Of a stretch of 64,000 nt of DNA, positions 50,788-62,700 are shown piece after piece. The translations under genes were made by a program, and so were the position numbers. The DNA is taken from assembly GCF_041146345.1 (NCBI RefSeq), contig NW_027191413.1:682001-746000 (forward strand), written 5' to 3'. Under the pieces are notes generated by a model. That model was not told the origin of the DNA, did no database searches, and was given only the letters and a program-made list of their open reading frames with translations. This stretch comes from Neodothiora populina. Its lineage: Eukaryota. The first letter of the stretch is position 1, and every line of letters begins with the position of its first letter.

Positions 50788-51236
50788 TGATAGCGTTTAA
50801 GTCATGAGCACTTAATGCGTCGGCGTAGTTCTAGATAAGTATGGAGGCTATAAGATGGACAGGACAAGGCCTTATGTACGGAGTATAACACAACCTACCG
50901 TTCATCGAGGGACGAGAACGATGATATACTACAGTGCTTCTCCCACCAGGATGGCGAAAAAAAACAATCTACGGCTAAACCTTCATATCGGAATCTGGGT
51001 TTTAGAGATATGGGAGGTGATGGGCCAGTATGCGGTCCCCGGTATGCGGCGACTTTACATCAACACCTTACGAGCAAGAGAGGGTAGCATCAAACGTGGA
51101 AGTCGGAGGCGCGCGAAATGAGACCTACTGATTCACCAAAGTGCGTATACGCACGCTTTTCCATGACTGACCGGAGAGCGGCGAGCAATGTTGTTGCTCG
51201 ATGCGATTTGGTGAGAGCCCGCCGGCCTACTGATAA
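50788..51236. promoter_or_regulatory. Candidate AreA/GATA (HGATAR) sites upstream of the purine permease
   Basis: TGATAG 50788-50793, AGATAA 50833-50838, TGATAA 51231-51236, all within ~630 bp of the ATG. Nitrogen regulation of uap genes is known in Aspergillus, but such short motifs also occur by chance. Confidence 0.35.
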
Positions 51237-51771
51237 GGGCTGCTTGGCTGCTCGAATGGCCCCGCTAAGGAGGTACCTCCGGCGTGGAGTTGCCGCATTC
51301 AGTCGGAGAGAAAAGCAACTCCGTAAGGTAGGAAGAGTGTAGTGTCTTCTAGGGCGATCATCCGAGCGCTACGACCTCTGGTTTCTTCTATCCCGTCCAT
51401 CCATTCGTACGCAGTGGCTGTGTTTCCAATGATCTAGGCATCTGATCGTCCATGTAGTTAAGGTACGTGTCGTACATTGTCTTCAAAATCTGGTGCGCGC
51501 GTCACTCCGACAAGTCACTTGAAGCTTTTCAGAGGGGTTTGGAGTTGGTGATCCCCATACAGTAAGTGTGGAGTCATGACCGTTGTTGAAAGACTATAGC
51601 CCGGTAAATGACTAGCCACATCACGGCAGCATAGTACTGTACAATACTCCAAGCTGTAGTCGAAAGGCTGGCTGTACGTTCGAGCAATACATGATCATCC
51701 CATTCGTCATTAGCTAATAGGTACAACAAACGAGCTCCGATCGCACAGGTCTTGGAGATGGTGGACATCAG

Positions 51772-52377
51772 TCAAGTCATTGTGCCTTGAAAATGCGGCT
51801 GCGGACGCGGCGGCGTAGGTACGACACCCAGATACTGTAAAGCCACTTCGGCAGCATCTTCTCTAGCATTGTTGACGCATGCCCCATCATACCAATATCG
51901 GGCTCGATGCTTTCTCCCATCGACTTCCACAGTACTGGACCAGGCGGTGCGACCCCCTACAAACGATCAGCGTTCTCGATTTCACAGATCTGTCTAGCTG
52001 TTTGCACAGTGGGTGACAGGAATCGTGACCCCTGACGTTACTAGATAAGCGCTCTGATCCTCGTTCTCAGCAGCTTGAATCGAGACTTTGTAAGGGAAAG
52101 CTAGAGCCAGTCTCTAATGTCAGGGGTCACGATTTTTGTCACCCACTGCGTTGCCTAGACGCAAGTACGAGATTCAGCAAGAACCGTATGACATACCTCG
52201 TCGATCAGAGCATTCCTGATAGACCGGTGGACGGACACCCATGCTCCTACATTGGCCTAGCAAAGTCAGTCATCGCACTAAAGAACAATGGCTCAATGCC
52301 AACTTACTGTTCAGCCGGGTCTGCCATGCCATGGACTGCGTTGAACTAGCCAGGGTCTGAGCATTGGCTGCTGACAT
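51772..52377 (-). CDS. Small (104 aa) double-stranded-RNA-binding-domain-like protein, 3 exons, absent from the ORF track
   Basis: Exons 52377-52308, 52256-52197, 51956-51772 (315 nt), with GTAAGT/GTATGT donors, CTGAC/CTGAT branches and TAG acceptors. Product MSAANAQTLASSTQSMAWQTRLNSQCRSMGVRPPVYQECSDRRGGRTAWSSTVEVDGRKHRARYWYDGACVNNAREDAAEVALQYLGVVPTPPRPQPHFQGTMT, with an alpha-beta-beta-beta-alpha pattern ending AxxxAAxxAL. Confidence 0.82.
52007..52148. mobile_element. 142-bp MITE-like element with 34-bp terminal inverted repeats starting CAGTGGG (Tc1/mariner, impala/mimp-like ends)
   Basis: Left TIR 52007-52040 CAGTGGGTGACAGGAATCGTGACCCCTGACGTTA. Right TIR 52115-52148, reverse complement CAGTGGGTGACAAAAATCGTGACCCCTGACATTA (31/34 identical). 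74-bp non-coding core. The TA target duplication is not intact (flanks CA / CG). Confidence 0.8.
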
Positions 52378-53798
52378 TGTGACCAAATTTAGGACAGGGC
52401 AGCGATTGTCCGTTGTGTGAGGGGATTGATTTCTTTTCGAAGGACTCAGGCAGCAGAGAGAGCAGCAGCCAACACATTAGGGTATATATATCTGGCCCTT
52501 GTTCCAGTCATTTATGGACTACACAGTTAAGCAGCAGGCTGCCGTACATCAGCAGACTGAAGATGGGACATTTCATTTCATACTTGGCCAGCGTACAGCA
52601 AGTAGATGCATATGCGCTGGCCCATACGCGTTAAAGGGAAATCTTCATGGGACTCCACGACAGTCATCGTGTCGAACAGAAGCATGCAGCCTCGCGTTGC
52701 GAAGCAACGCAGCAGCAGCGAGAGATGCGAGCTCGCCACCCTGACGTTAAGGCATCATTGGGTTCGTCCCGTACCGATGCCATAGAGCTGATGATCGGTG
52801 GGGGTAAAGTGCCAAACGCTACTACCCACTACCGTCACTGCTACTACCACTACCACTGCCCTGTGCAATCGGATACATCGAACAGACACTCGTGTGCTCA
52901 AAGAGTGGGTTTGGTGCGCTGGACTCGTTTGTCATAGCGGACAAATGTGCAAGGCGTCATTTCAAAGCCGAATAAGCTAGATGGATGGCTCGGCATTAGG
53001 TTTGGGCATCGAAACGAAGCGCCCTACATTCTCGGCAGATACATACCGCACTAACCACATCCATTTACTCCCTGGGTACCGATCAGGATGTGCTATCACT
53101 GATCGTCTGTGGCTTTCCTCTCTGTGAAGGTCGAATATTGTGCAAGAGTCGCAGTGCGAGCACCCTGACGTTGGGTGCCGGTGCCCAAAAGATATATACT
53201 ACCCTGAGACAAGTGGCAGAACATCATACACTAATATCAAGCGTTCCTGCGCCGGACTACGACCGGGCCTTCCCGTGTCAACCCCACCTCCCTGGTCATC
53301 GATCACCCATGAAGAAGCGATGAATATAGCCAGAGACGAGGTTAACGGTAGTACGGCAGCTCGGACCAAAGCATCCGTATGGTGACACGCAGTCACCCCA
53401 TATGCATTGCGATATGAACGTATATTGTACTAATTCCCCATAGACGAGACAACCAAATTATACTTGTAGCTAATCATGTCAAGCTCGATACCGGTGCGAA
53501 GTAAGGCGAGGGCACTTCCTTGGTGAGGCGATACCATGATCAGTACGTTCCTGCCTGGACCGGTGACAGACCGATAAAGTACTAGTCTGCGTCGGTAGAA
53601 AATTATCCTTAAGGACGAGGCCCCCTTGAATCTGCAATGGTCACTTTCAGAACATACAATGCAGCATTCCGTCGATCGTTGAGAAGCGAGATTGCTTCAA
53701 GCTTCGCTTGACTGCTGTGGACATCGGAGTGAACGTATCATTGATCATTAATTGTTTCATTACATAAGGTACTATTGAAGATGCTAAGGGTCGTCAAG

Positions 53799-55167
53799 TC
53801 ACCACTCATGGGTATGACTGCGCAGTGTTGAAGGCCGATGAAGCATATCTCTCCAAAGGGTCTTGGTCCCGACGTAGTCAACATCCACCCTGAATTTCGG
53901 AACTGGAATCAAGAATTGTCGACGCATTTGGGGATGAAAGCGCTGCTTGATACAGTCATCTGCTAGTGCAATGAGTCCACTAGCAACGACGACACTGGTT
54001 GGGTGGTCAGAGATATGCCATAAAGAGCGGTGCACGTTGGGCGACTTACTCAGATGCCTCGGTCTGGTCTTGCAGAATCGTTTCATCGTCAATCTGCATG
54101 ACACACGGTGGTATCCACCCGCCTTTGCTCTCTTCCTCGTCAGCTTCGACAGAAGTCAGATAACAAGGCTCAATACGCGCCAGTACCCGCGAGTCCCCTG
54201 CGCGGTGTAAGTAGTACAGCATGCCCTCCGAAGGACCAGACTTGTCGACTATGCGCTTCCACACGTATTCAGTACCCCAGTACTCGAATTCATAGCGCTT
54301 ATTACTTCTCGTACCCCTACGCTTGACCTCCACTTGTGAGTAATTTGCGAATTCGAGCTTGGTCGTATTCGTCGGGATGAGCGTATGTCTCGTACTTGAC
54401 AAATCACGCATGGCCGGAAGTCCAGCATCTCTCTCCACGAATTTCGACGAGTTGATCGACTCATAGCCAGAGTCTGATCTCTTCAGCTTTGGGGTAGTGA
54501 CGACCTTACCGCCATCCGACTTCATCGCAGCAAAAGCAGTACTGAGGGAGCGTCCAAGATGCGGCCTGCGTTCGATCGCCGGCTCTCTATACTTTCGCAC
54601 CGAGTGGCAAACCTCACGACCAGAGTCTCGACAGTATCGTCGCAACGAGAACTCTCGCTTCTTCAGGTCATGCATACGAAGGTGGAATAGAGTCATTTTC
54701 TGAGGCCTGCTGCCTGGGATATCTACAGCAGTATCGATGCGCAGATTCATGTTACCATCGGCAGTGGAATCATCGTGTCTGATGATCAGACTCCTCTTGG
54801 AGGGAAACAACCGGGCGAAATCCGACGGCGTTGTCGGCAAGGCTTCAGATGGATATAATCTTACTGTTCGCATCCGAGGATCCTCGTTTTCTAGTTCCTC
54901 ACTATCTGCATCGATAGTTGAGGCGTACGTCTCTACAGAGGAATTAGGGCCATCACTATAGTCAGACCAACGGTCACCATCGACACAGCGATGCTCTATT
55001 CTCGCACCGCATGTTTCGTAACGAGGGACTGCGGGTCTTGTGGGCAATTCGTTTCTAGCAAGAGGTGTTGATTTGGAGTTGTAGGACTTTTCGCTCGCGT
55101 GGGAATCACTTCCGGAGAACCCAGAATCCCGACTTTGAGGATAGCTTCGAGAGGTAAGATGGTTCAT
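53799..55167 (-). CDS. Conserved hypothetical fungal protein
   Basis: Long ORF with globular-looking blocks (TPSDFARLFPS, IRHDDSTADGNMNLRID, LFHLRMHDLKKREFSLRRYCRDSGREVCH, KLEFANYSQV, YEFEYWG, GGWIPPC). Intron 54049-53995 joins to DVVVASGLIALADDCI. Confidence 0.8.
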
Positions 55168-56988
55168 GATGACGATGATGAATGTCGTATGAGTATAGGC
55201 AATAAAGTATTGGAGCAATATAATCGAGAAGGGCCTGTGCGTGAAGAGGCTACTAGACCACCGTGGGTGAAGTACAATTTAACAACACCACATTGTTGTT
55301 GTATAATCTTGGTTGAGATTGACGTACGTCTTGTAGCATCATCAGAATAGGGGGTAAGAAAAAACAAGTTGGTGTTCCAGATAATTGAGAAAGAGATCCC
55401 AACTCAGCGGGTTGGGAACATTGCTGGTCTTTCTAACATGCTACGGTGCCATGGTTTCCCCACGGTGATACGGCATCCCTAAGCAACGCATGGAGCGCCA
55501 ACGGCACACTGCATGATAGCGTCTCTAGCATTATGCAGGTCATACCCAATGAAGTGATCTTCTATACCGCCCATTCAGAACAATGTCACCGATGCTTCCG
55601 CATGCACACACGCAAAGACCTCGCAGTAGGGCCCCCCCCCCCCCGCCCCTCTAGACCTGCACTCTGCCACGTTACAGCACGAGACACCCGTCGGTCCTGC
55701 GAGTGGCGTATCGGAATGTGCCAACAGTCACAAGCCCCCATCACCTCGATCACATGCAGGCTGCTTGTACAAGCAAAATCCATCGCCCATACACATCCGG
55801 GCGCCCATCTTCGCCTGGTAGCCGTGCCTGTTAGCTGTACCTACAGCACTCGCAGCTGCTTGGGTATCGCTTTAGATCGAATTAGCCATGGAATAGCCAT
55901 ATGATAGCCATCACGATCCTTCTTCCTTGTTATGCGGCTGAAGCAAGAAAGAACAAGGTTATCGTACCTCGACGCCGCGTTGCGTGCGTGTATTGCTAAA
56001 CAGGAAAAACCGAGCCTAAAGGCAAGATGACTTTTATGAAAAGCTCCACGGACTATTCGAATCTAAACGCCCGCCGCCTGCCCGTCGGCTGTCAAAAGTC
56101 AGCTTGCACCAATTGTACGACCACCACTACTGATACTGACTACTTTCGCTGCCTTCTGTCTCGCCTGAGCCAGGTAGCCGCATCATATGCCCTTCTCAGC
56201 CAGTCATCTGGGCGCGGCCTGAGTCTCCCATCCATCACATCGAATGTTTCTGATGACTGACTTTCCGCGGGATCCCAGGCATGAGCAGGCGAAACAAGTG
56301 CCCGCTCGGCCAGCCAGCCAGTTGTAGCTTGAGACGATTCCACCCTTTGGGCCCAGCAATATCAAACCGGTAGCACACCTATGTAAGTGCAGCTTGCGAA
56401 CGAGCGAGCGAAGCATCGATCGGCGCACAGCACAGCCCAGCCTGAAAGACGTGAGCGATTCGTCCCAGCTAGCCAGCTAGCTAGTGAGCGGGACTACACT
56501 ACTCGATCGTTCTCTTTTCCTGTCTCACGATCCACGATCTCCCTTCCCCTTCCCGTTCACGCATTGTTGTTTACCCAAGAAAAGGGTTTGGTTCCAAGGT
56601 AGGTAGGCCCCCGCCGTTCCATTGCGCTGGAGCAGCATAGATAGCTTGTGAGGAAAGAGTGAGAGTGGAGCTTGCTTGTCCTGTCGAGCCCCGCGGCACA
56701 GATGTACATGAGGTAAGGTAAGGTGTGTATGTATGTATGTATGTAGGTACACAGCGGCTAAGACGTGTGCGGAGATGCTCCGCATATAATGCATGCACAC
56801 AATGTCTTGCCGTATCGTATCGTATCGTGTCATTTTTCACGGTTCCCAATCAGACAGCATTCACCTGTCGATGGATGGGACGGGGGCTTATCTTCTTACT
56901 CATCCGCCGACTCGGTTGCGTGGCTCACTCAGCCCCTCCTCTACTTCGTCTCTTGCCAGGTCTGATTGCACAGTAATCCTTGCCTGAC

Positions 56989-57015
56989 CAGCAGCAGCAG
57001 CAGCAGCAGCAGCAG
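56989..57015. repeat. (CAG)9 intergenic microsatellite
   Basis: Direct reading of the sequence. Confidence 0.95.
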
Positions 57016-58113
57016 TAGCCGCCGTTGGCCTGATGGTTGGGGGGCCTGAGGGTTGAGAGGCCTGGATCTCATTCAGGCTCTTTGACTAAGCGAGTCGAGG
57101 TACTTTTGCTTCTACTGGCCTGAGGTGTCCTCGAGTCCACGAAAAGCTATTTTAAGCCACCAAACGAATGTCGAATACAAGTACAGTAATATGATTCCGT
57201 TAATCAAAGCCACGCACGCCGCTTAGGCTAAAACAGGATGGGTTCGCAAGCCCCCTTCGCAAAGGCTGTATGATGGAAGCGAAGCGTCTACAGAATATCG
57301 TTCTTCTGGCTCCGTTGCTGCCCAACTCGGGCTCAGCACTTCTCGTTGTCACTTGGTCAAACTTGTTATAGGCAAAACGGTCATGCAATGCGTCATGGCG
57401 ATTTATACTATCGCTAAAGACGGAGACGTGGAATCACAGAGACAACATTACAAATTATTTCGTCACAATCGCACCAATGGTGGAACGACTGGGATATGAC
57501 TTAGTTTGTTTGGCATCATTAATGACAGGTTCGGAAATCAATGGCTCTGCTGGGAGAGACCAATGGTATAGCTTTTTGCTCTTAGCGATTGGAGTGGATA
57601 AATAGGCTTCATGTTGTGGACGCATAGTGTCGCCCAAAAACATTTAGCCATGGGTTTGTCATACTCGCCCCTATAAGGTCGCATTCGAGCTGCCACGCCA
57701 ATGAGCTCGGTCGATCTAGTGACTGCAGCTTGGATTTAGGCGGTGATCATCCAATTAAGAATATCATAGCCGGACACAGTCAACGTCCTGTAACACAACC
57801 CATGAAAGGTCGTGGTATCCTTTGATTATGATTAGACGGTCAGAAGAAACATTCGAATCAATCAGGACAGGACGCGCATGCTGATAGTGGTTTGCAATAC
57901 TAGCTGCATCGCTATCTTCCATGTATCGTATACTGCAGTGCGACCCAATCATTCAGCTGTATCGAGAAGAACGCAGCGGTTTCAGCAGTGTCTGTCCCAC
58001 ATCCGAGCATGCGGACAAGTGTGGCCGTTAACACAACTTGTCTTGTGCACCGTGACGGTCAACCGATGAACTCCAGAAGTGAGCGTGCTGCGCACTCCGT
58101 AGAGATGACTCAT

Positions 58114-59712
58114 TCAAGAAAATTTGACTGGCTCGCCTTTCGGGAACATTCGAATATAATAGTGCTCGCCAGTGCTTTCGACGACGATATCATCACCTAC
58201 GCAGAGACGTTCACAGGCATTTTCAGCTTTGAGCAGCGGGACCGCAGACATCCCTAAGCAAGGATCTGGGCCGGCGCCTTCATCGACGTACGCTCGTGCC
58301 TTTCTTAAAACACGAAGCGGCTCCTGTCGATCTCTATTGCCGGTCTCAGGATCTACGTTAGGAAGCTCGCAACGAGTTGTCCGAGAGCTGATGTGGTAGG
58401 ATAATGAACCTATGCGAACCTTTTTCCATGTATCTTCGACATAGGGTGGTCCTCCGGTGACTGTACAAAGTTATTCAGCAGGTGAAGGCGGGGACGAACA
58501 TTTGGTATCACATGCCACTCTTCCCAGTCCTAGCAGAGACGACAAGTAACTATGCATGGCTCGGAACAGCGGTGTGAGGGCTCAACATACAGTAAATGTT
58601 GGCGCGGAAGCGCAGAGCACTCAGATTGAAGGGCTGAGGTCGTTTTATCTTGCTAGCAACGTCTTGCACCGATGCAAGTCCCATGAAAGTCAGCGGATAC
58701 TATGCACGCTAGGTCAGTATGAAGCTTTACACATCAAGTCTCAACGTAGCAGGTCGGTGAAGATCATCTGCCTACGTCTTGAGTGCCCGACAGATTGACT
58801 TACCGCGTCAGCAAAACCAGTCCCGGGCTGATAACCAGCTTCTTCAATAGTTGGTGCATTCCGGAACACATCTCGGCGCTTGCTTGGATCCGCCATAAAG
58901 AGTGCCAGGGGATTCGACATTTCGAAGAAGCTCTTTAGCTTCGCAAGTGTCGAAGGTGGTATTTCGGACGTCACGTTGATTGCTTCTGGAGCATCTTTCC
59001 ATATATGCATGATCTCTCTGCTGTGCTTGGCCGAGCGAATAGCATCAGGTTCAAGAGGGAGTCTGAACTGCACCATCGGCTCCGCACTCAGGCTCCGGGC
59101 AGCAATCTTTGCTTCAACGATTGTCCAGACATCCTGCAAAGTCTGCCATTCGAACACATTCCAGAATCCCAAGTTCGGAGTAAACGGAAATTTGCACACC
59201 AGGCAGCCTCCAGACTTGACCCATTCAAGATCTGGTGAGTATTCCGGTGATGACTGGTCCGGGAGCCATAGCTCCGTGTGAATCTGGCTAAGCTGTCGCA
59301 CCTTTCGCTGCGTGATGCAAGTCCATTTGTACTTCGGTTGGGATTGGACGCCAGTGTCGTCCTCTGCTCTCGCCACCTCCTCCGAGTGCAACTGCGCGAA
59401 TGAAAACTGCCTGTCATAGCGAAAGCCTGTAGCAATGACGTCGGTCTCCGAGAGCTCTATGATTCCACAAGACTTGATAGGATAGACAAACAGAGCTTTC
59501 ACTTTGGGACTTGATGCAGCCGTGCCGTGTCCATTGTGAATTGAAGAATATTGGTCGCTTAGGTTGCTGTTGCTTAGCAGTCCCACGCGCCCGCAGCCAA
59601 GAACTCTGTGTCTCTTACTACTCTGCCTCGCTAAGAAAGTGAAGATAACAAATGCCAGCGAGCAGCAAACCACGGTAGTGGTAACAAGCGAAGTGAGTTG
59701 ACCTGCTGTCAT
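58114..59712 (-). CDS. MOSC-domain protein (mARC-like) with N-terminal membrane anchor, 3 exons
   Basis: LFVYPIKSC and YDRQFSFA (MOSC_N), GFADA/YPL, LRFRANIY/FTGGPPYVEDTW, and RTTRCELPNVDPETG with the conserved Cys. Introns 58803-58700 and 58590-58461. Exons 2-3 are not in the ORF track. Confidence 0.88.
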
Positions 59713-62700
59713 GATGCCACTAAGCCTGCAACAGGCTGGGATGCTCAAAGTCTGATTCGTCTACCGAGAAGATTGACATGTCAAGATGAAACTGTACAAG
59801 TCAAGCTTAGTCTCATCGCTGTGGGAACAACTTCCTACCCCAGCCAGTGAAGTAGCGAGTGGATATTAGTCAATTGGAGAGCAGCAATGACATTTCACGA
59901 CAGGTATACCGATCGTAAGAGGTCGTGACGGAAAAGCCTCCGGAGCAGCAACCAGAGGAATGGTAGAATCATCGGGCCGTTGAACTTCCCGCACTCGATC
60001 GAGGCTTAGTGCTACTTGGCATGCCCTTGTCTGTTCAATGTGGTAAAGTAAGGTAGAGATGTAAAGTCTCAACAGCTATACGAAGTCTTGATAGCGATTG
60101 GAAGCTATGCTGGATCCTGCTTGCTTTACAACAAATCTGGGATCGATCTACTAGCTAATGGTCGCTATTCCCAACCGTTGATAAGAAGGTCAGTGCATCA
60201 GCCTCTCTGGAGGCTTCTTTGTAGGGATCACGGAACAAGATCAACAACTTATTCACACCGAAGCAGAAGTGAAGAGAATATGATAAAGTTGACGATGTAA
60301 CAGCATTCGTCCAGTACGACTCTTTCACCTACAGTAATAAAACAACGATGATATCGCTACGTTACGACATGGCTGAAGGCACGCAATATGTAGCATGATC
60401 ATCAGGAGAGTAACCCTGTCTCTTCTGTCCTCTTATATAAGATATAGGTGCACTACTAACCAAAGAACATGCAGGTTTTACAGAGATTACTCTCGCAAGT
60501 CGTTATGTTCGTATCTGGTAGGGGTTTATGGTGTAAGGCTTGAACGTCAACAGCGCTTTGAGGAGGCAGCACTTGTTACGAGGTTGCGATTCAAAGCTCA
60601 AGCAGGAGGAGCAGATATCTATTGCAGACCATCCATCTCACTAAAAACCAGGAGACAGAGCGTCACAAAGTCGCAGCTTCTCTCACTCATTATCTTGTGA
60701 CGTGCTGAAGGACAAGTCCGAATTTACTAGGGAGGAGAAGAGCCCTCATGCGCGCGTTTTCCGCGAGTCAATACCGAGACTCATGGGGATGATGTCTTAT
60801 GATCAGTACAGCCCGTATAGTGGCTACTCAGATACACTGTCTTACTATTGACTCTCTCCACAAAATCTGCTGTAGCGGTGTGGGGGTCCTTCGAATGGTA
60901 TCGAGCACATGAGCACACACCATTGCGCCACGATCGCATGCTGTACGTACCTGCATTAGAGGTCTATGACGGAAACATTGCATCTTGAAGGAAAGACATC
61001 AGCTGATGTTTACGGTAGCAGCGCGTTTTGAAGGGTGTGAAATTCGGCTTTTGGAGATATAGACCGTCCGCAAATACTGTAGGTGACAATGAGGGCCGGA
61101 AAGAGATCCGATTCTCGGATCCTGGACCATGTCATTCAATTGCACTCGTTATTGCATCCGAGAAAATGTGGAGTCATATTCGACGCGAGGTCGTCCATGA
61201 TGCCATCTATCGCTCACGGAGAAAGCTTCCTTGTACTATGCTTGTAAGTAGTCCATGTCTCTTGCGGACCATGACGGAGAGAATATTATCTATCTTGGTC
61301 AGTGACCTCAGTGGTTATCCACATATGAGGTAGTCGTAGTGGAGTTGCAATCTCACTTGTTCCCGAACCAGGCTCCCGTTTGCGAGAGAGAAAAAGGCTG
61401 ATGGACGGGCTTACCCGCCCTCTCCACTGCAAAGAAAGTCACTGTGAGCTACCTTGGGCCTGCAGCGGCTGCAATCTGTACTGCGAGCTGCAAGCCAATC
61501 CGCAGTCGGTCTGCATTCCCCACGGTAAGGTTAGTCACAGCAAAGTACCTTATGTATGTAAGGTATCCATCAGGTAAGATAGGGACGGTACTGTACCTCA
61601 GGGCATCGTCAGGACAGGCACCCCGCACTTGACTCGCATAACCCGCAATTTGAAACGCAAAGCATTTGTCTGTTCCAAGCTATAAGACTGCACGCGAGCG
61701 GTTAAATGTAAACAGGTGATGTAAGTCGCCCCATCGAGCTATCAAACCTACCTTGCAGGTTTGGCAAGTATCGTTACAATCGTGTTCGAGCGTGTTGCTT
61801 GCTTTTGGTGCAACCGCAGCACCGGAACGTCAATGATCATCAGTCGTCGTCATGTTCATGTCAAGCTGATGGAATTTGCAATCTACCAGACAATTGAACA
61901 GCCGACATCGAAGATGATAGGTGTTACCGATTTCGAACAGGCATTTTGCGCAAGCGGCAGATATTGGTTCTCTACTGTGTATGTACAGTAGGGTTCGTTC
62001 CAAAGCTTGCCGGTGACGTGAAGATGGAAGAAGTCAATCAAATGTACCTTCGAAATTATCTCCAAAAGCGGGGAAAGGGTAAAAGTAAGGTCCTGTGGAA
62101 GCTGGCGGGCTTCCGTCACCAGGGAAGCAGAAAATAGATCGTCCCAAGATTCTCGAAGGAACTTATCAACGCCCCAAGACATAGGCATCCAAGGAGAAGG
62201 AGGGGGCTTGATATCGTTGGGGTAACTCAAATTGTTGGGCCATTTCCGGGCCAAGGCAGGTACAAGTACATAGAGGGTGAGATAAGGTGAGGCAGGCGCA
62301 CGCATGTGACAGCTACATGTGAGCGAGAAGGTACACGGGTTGTCTTACCATGAAAAATGAGTACGCGTCTTGTAGCATTGCATTGATCACATTCGATATA
62401 CCGGATGACTTTATGACGCAAGTGTGTCAACACCTTGTACTACGTCTAGCGGAAAAGAAGGGGGCTAGATGGGCTACGGGCCTGCAACAGTAAATAATGG
62501 CGGTTATATGACTAGAGCCATCAAAAGAGCGATGTGTGTGGGAAAAGGCATTGTACTGTTCCCCAATGAGGGGAGCGGTACCTCTGGAAAAGAGAAGGTA
62601 CGACGCTACAAGACATGCATGGTCGCTCCCCCACGCCTTTAACGTGCAGGTTACAATATTGTCTCGTCCCCGCGAGCGGGACGAGCGGGTAAGGCACTTG

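Noticed and set aside
50609..51570. UaY binding site (TCGG-N6-CCGA) upstream of the purine permease
   Set aside because: No canonical match found by eye.
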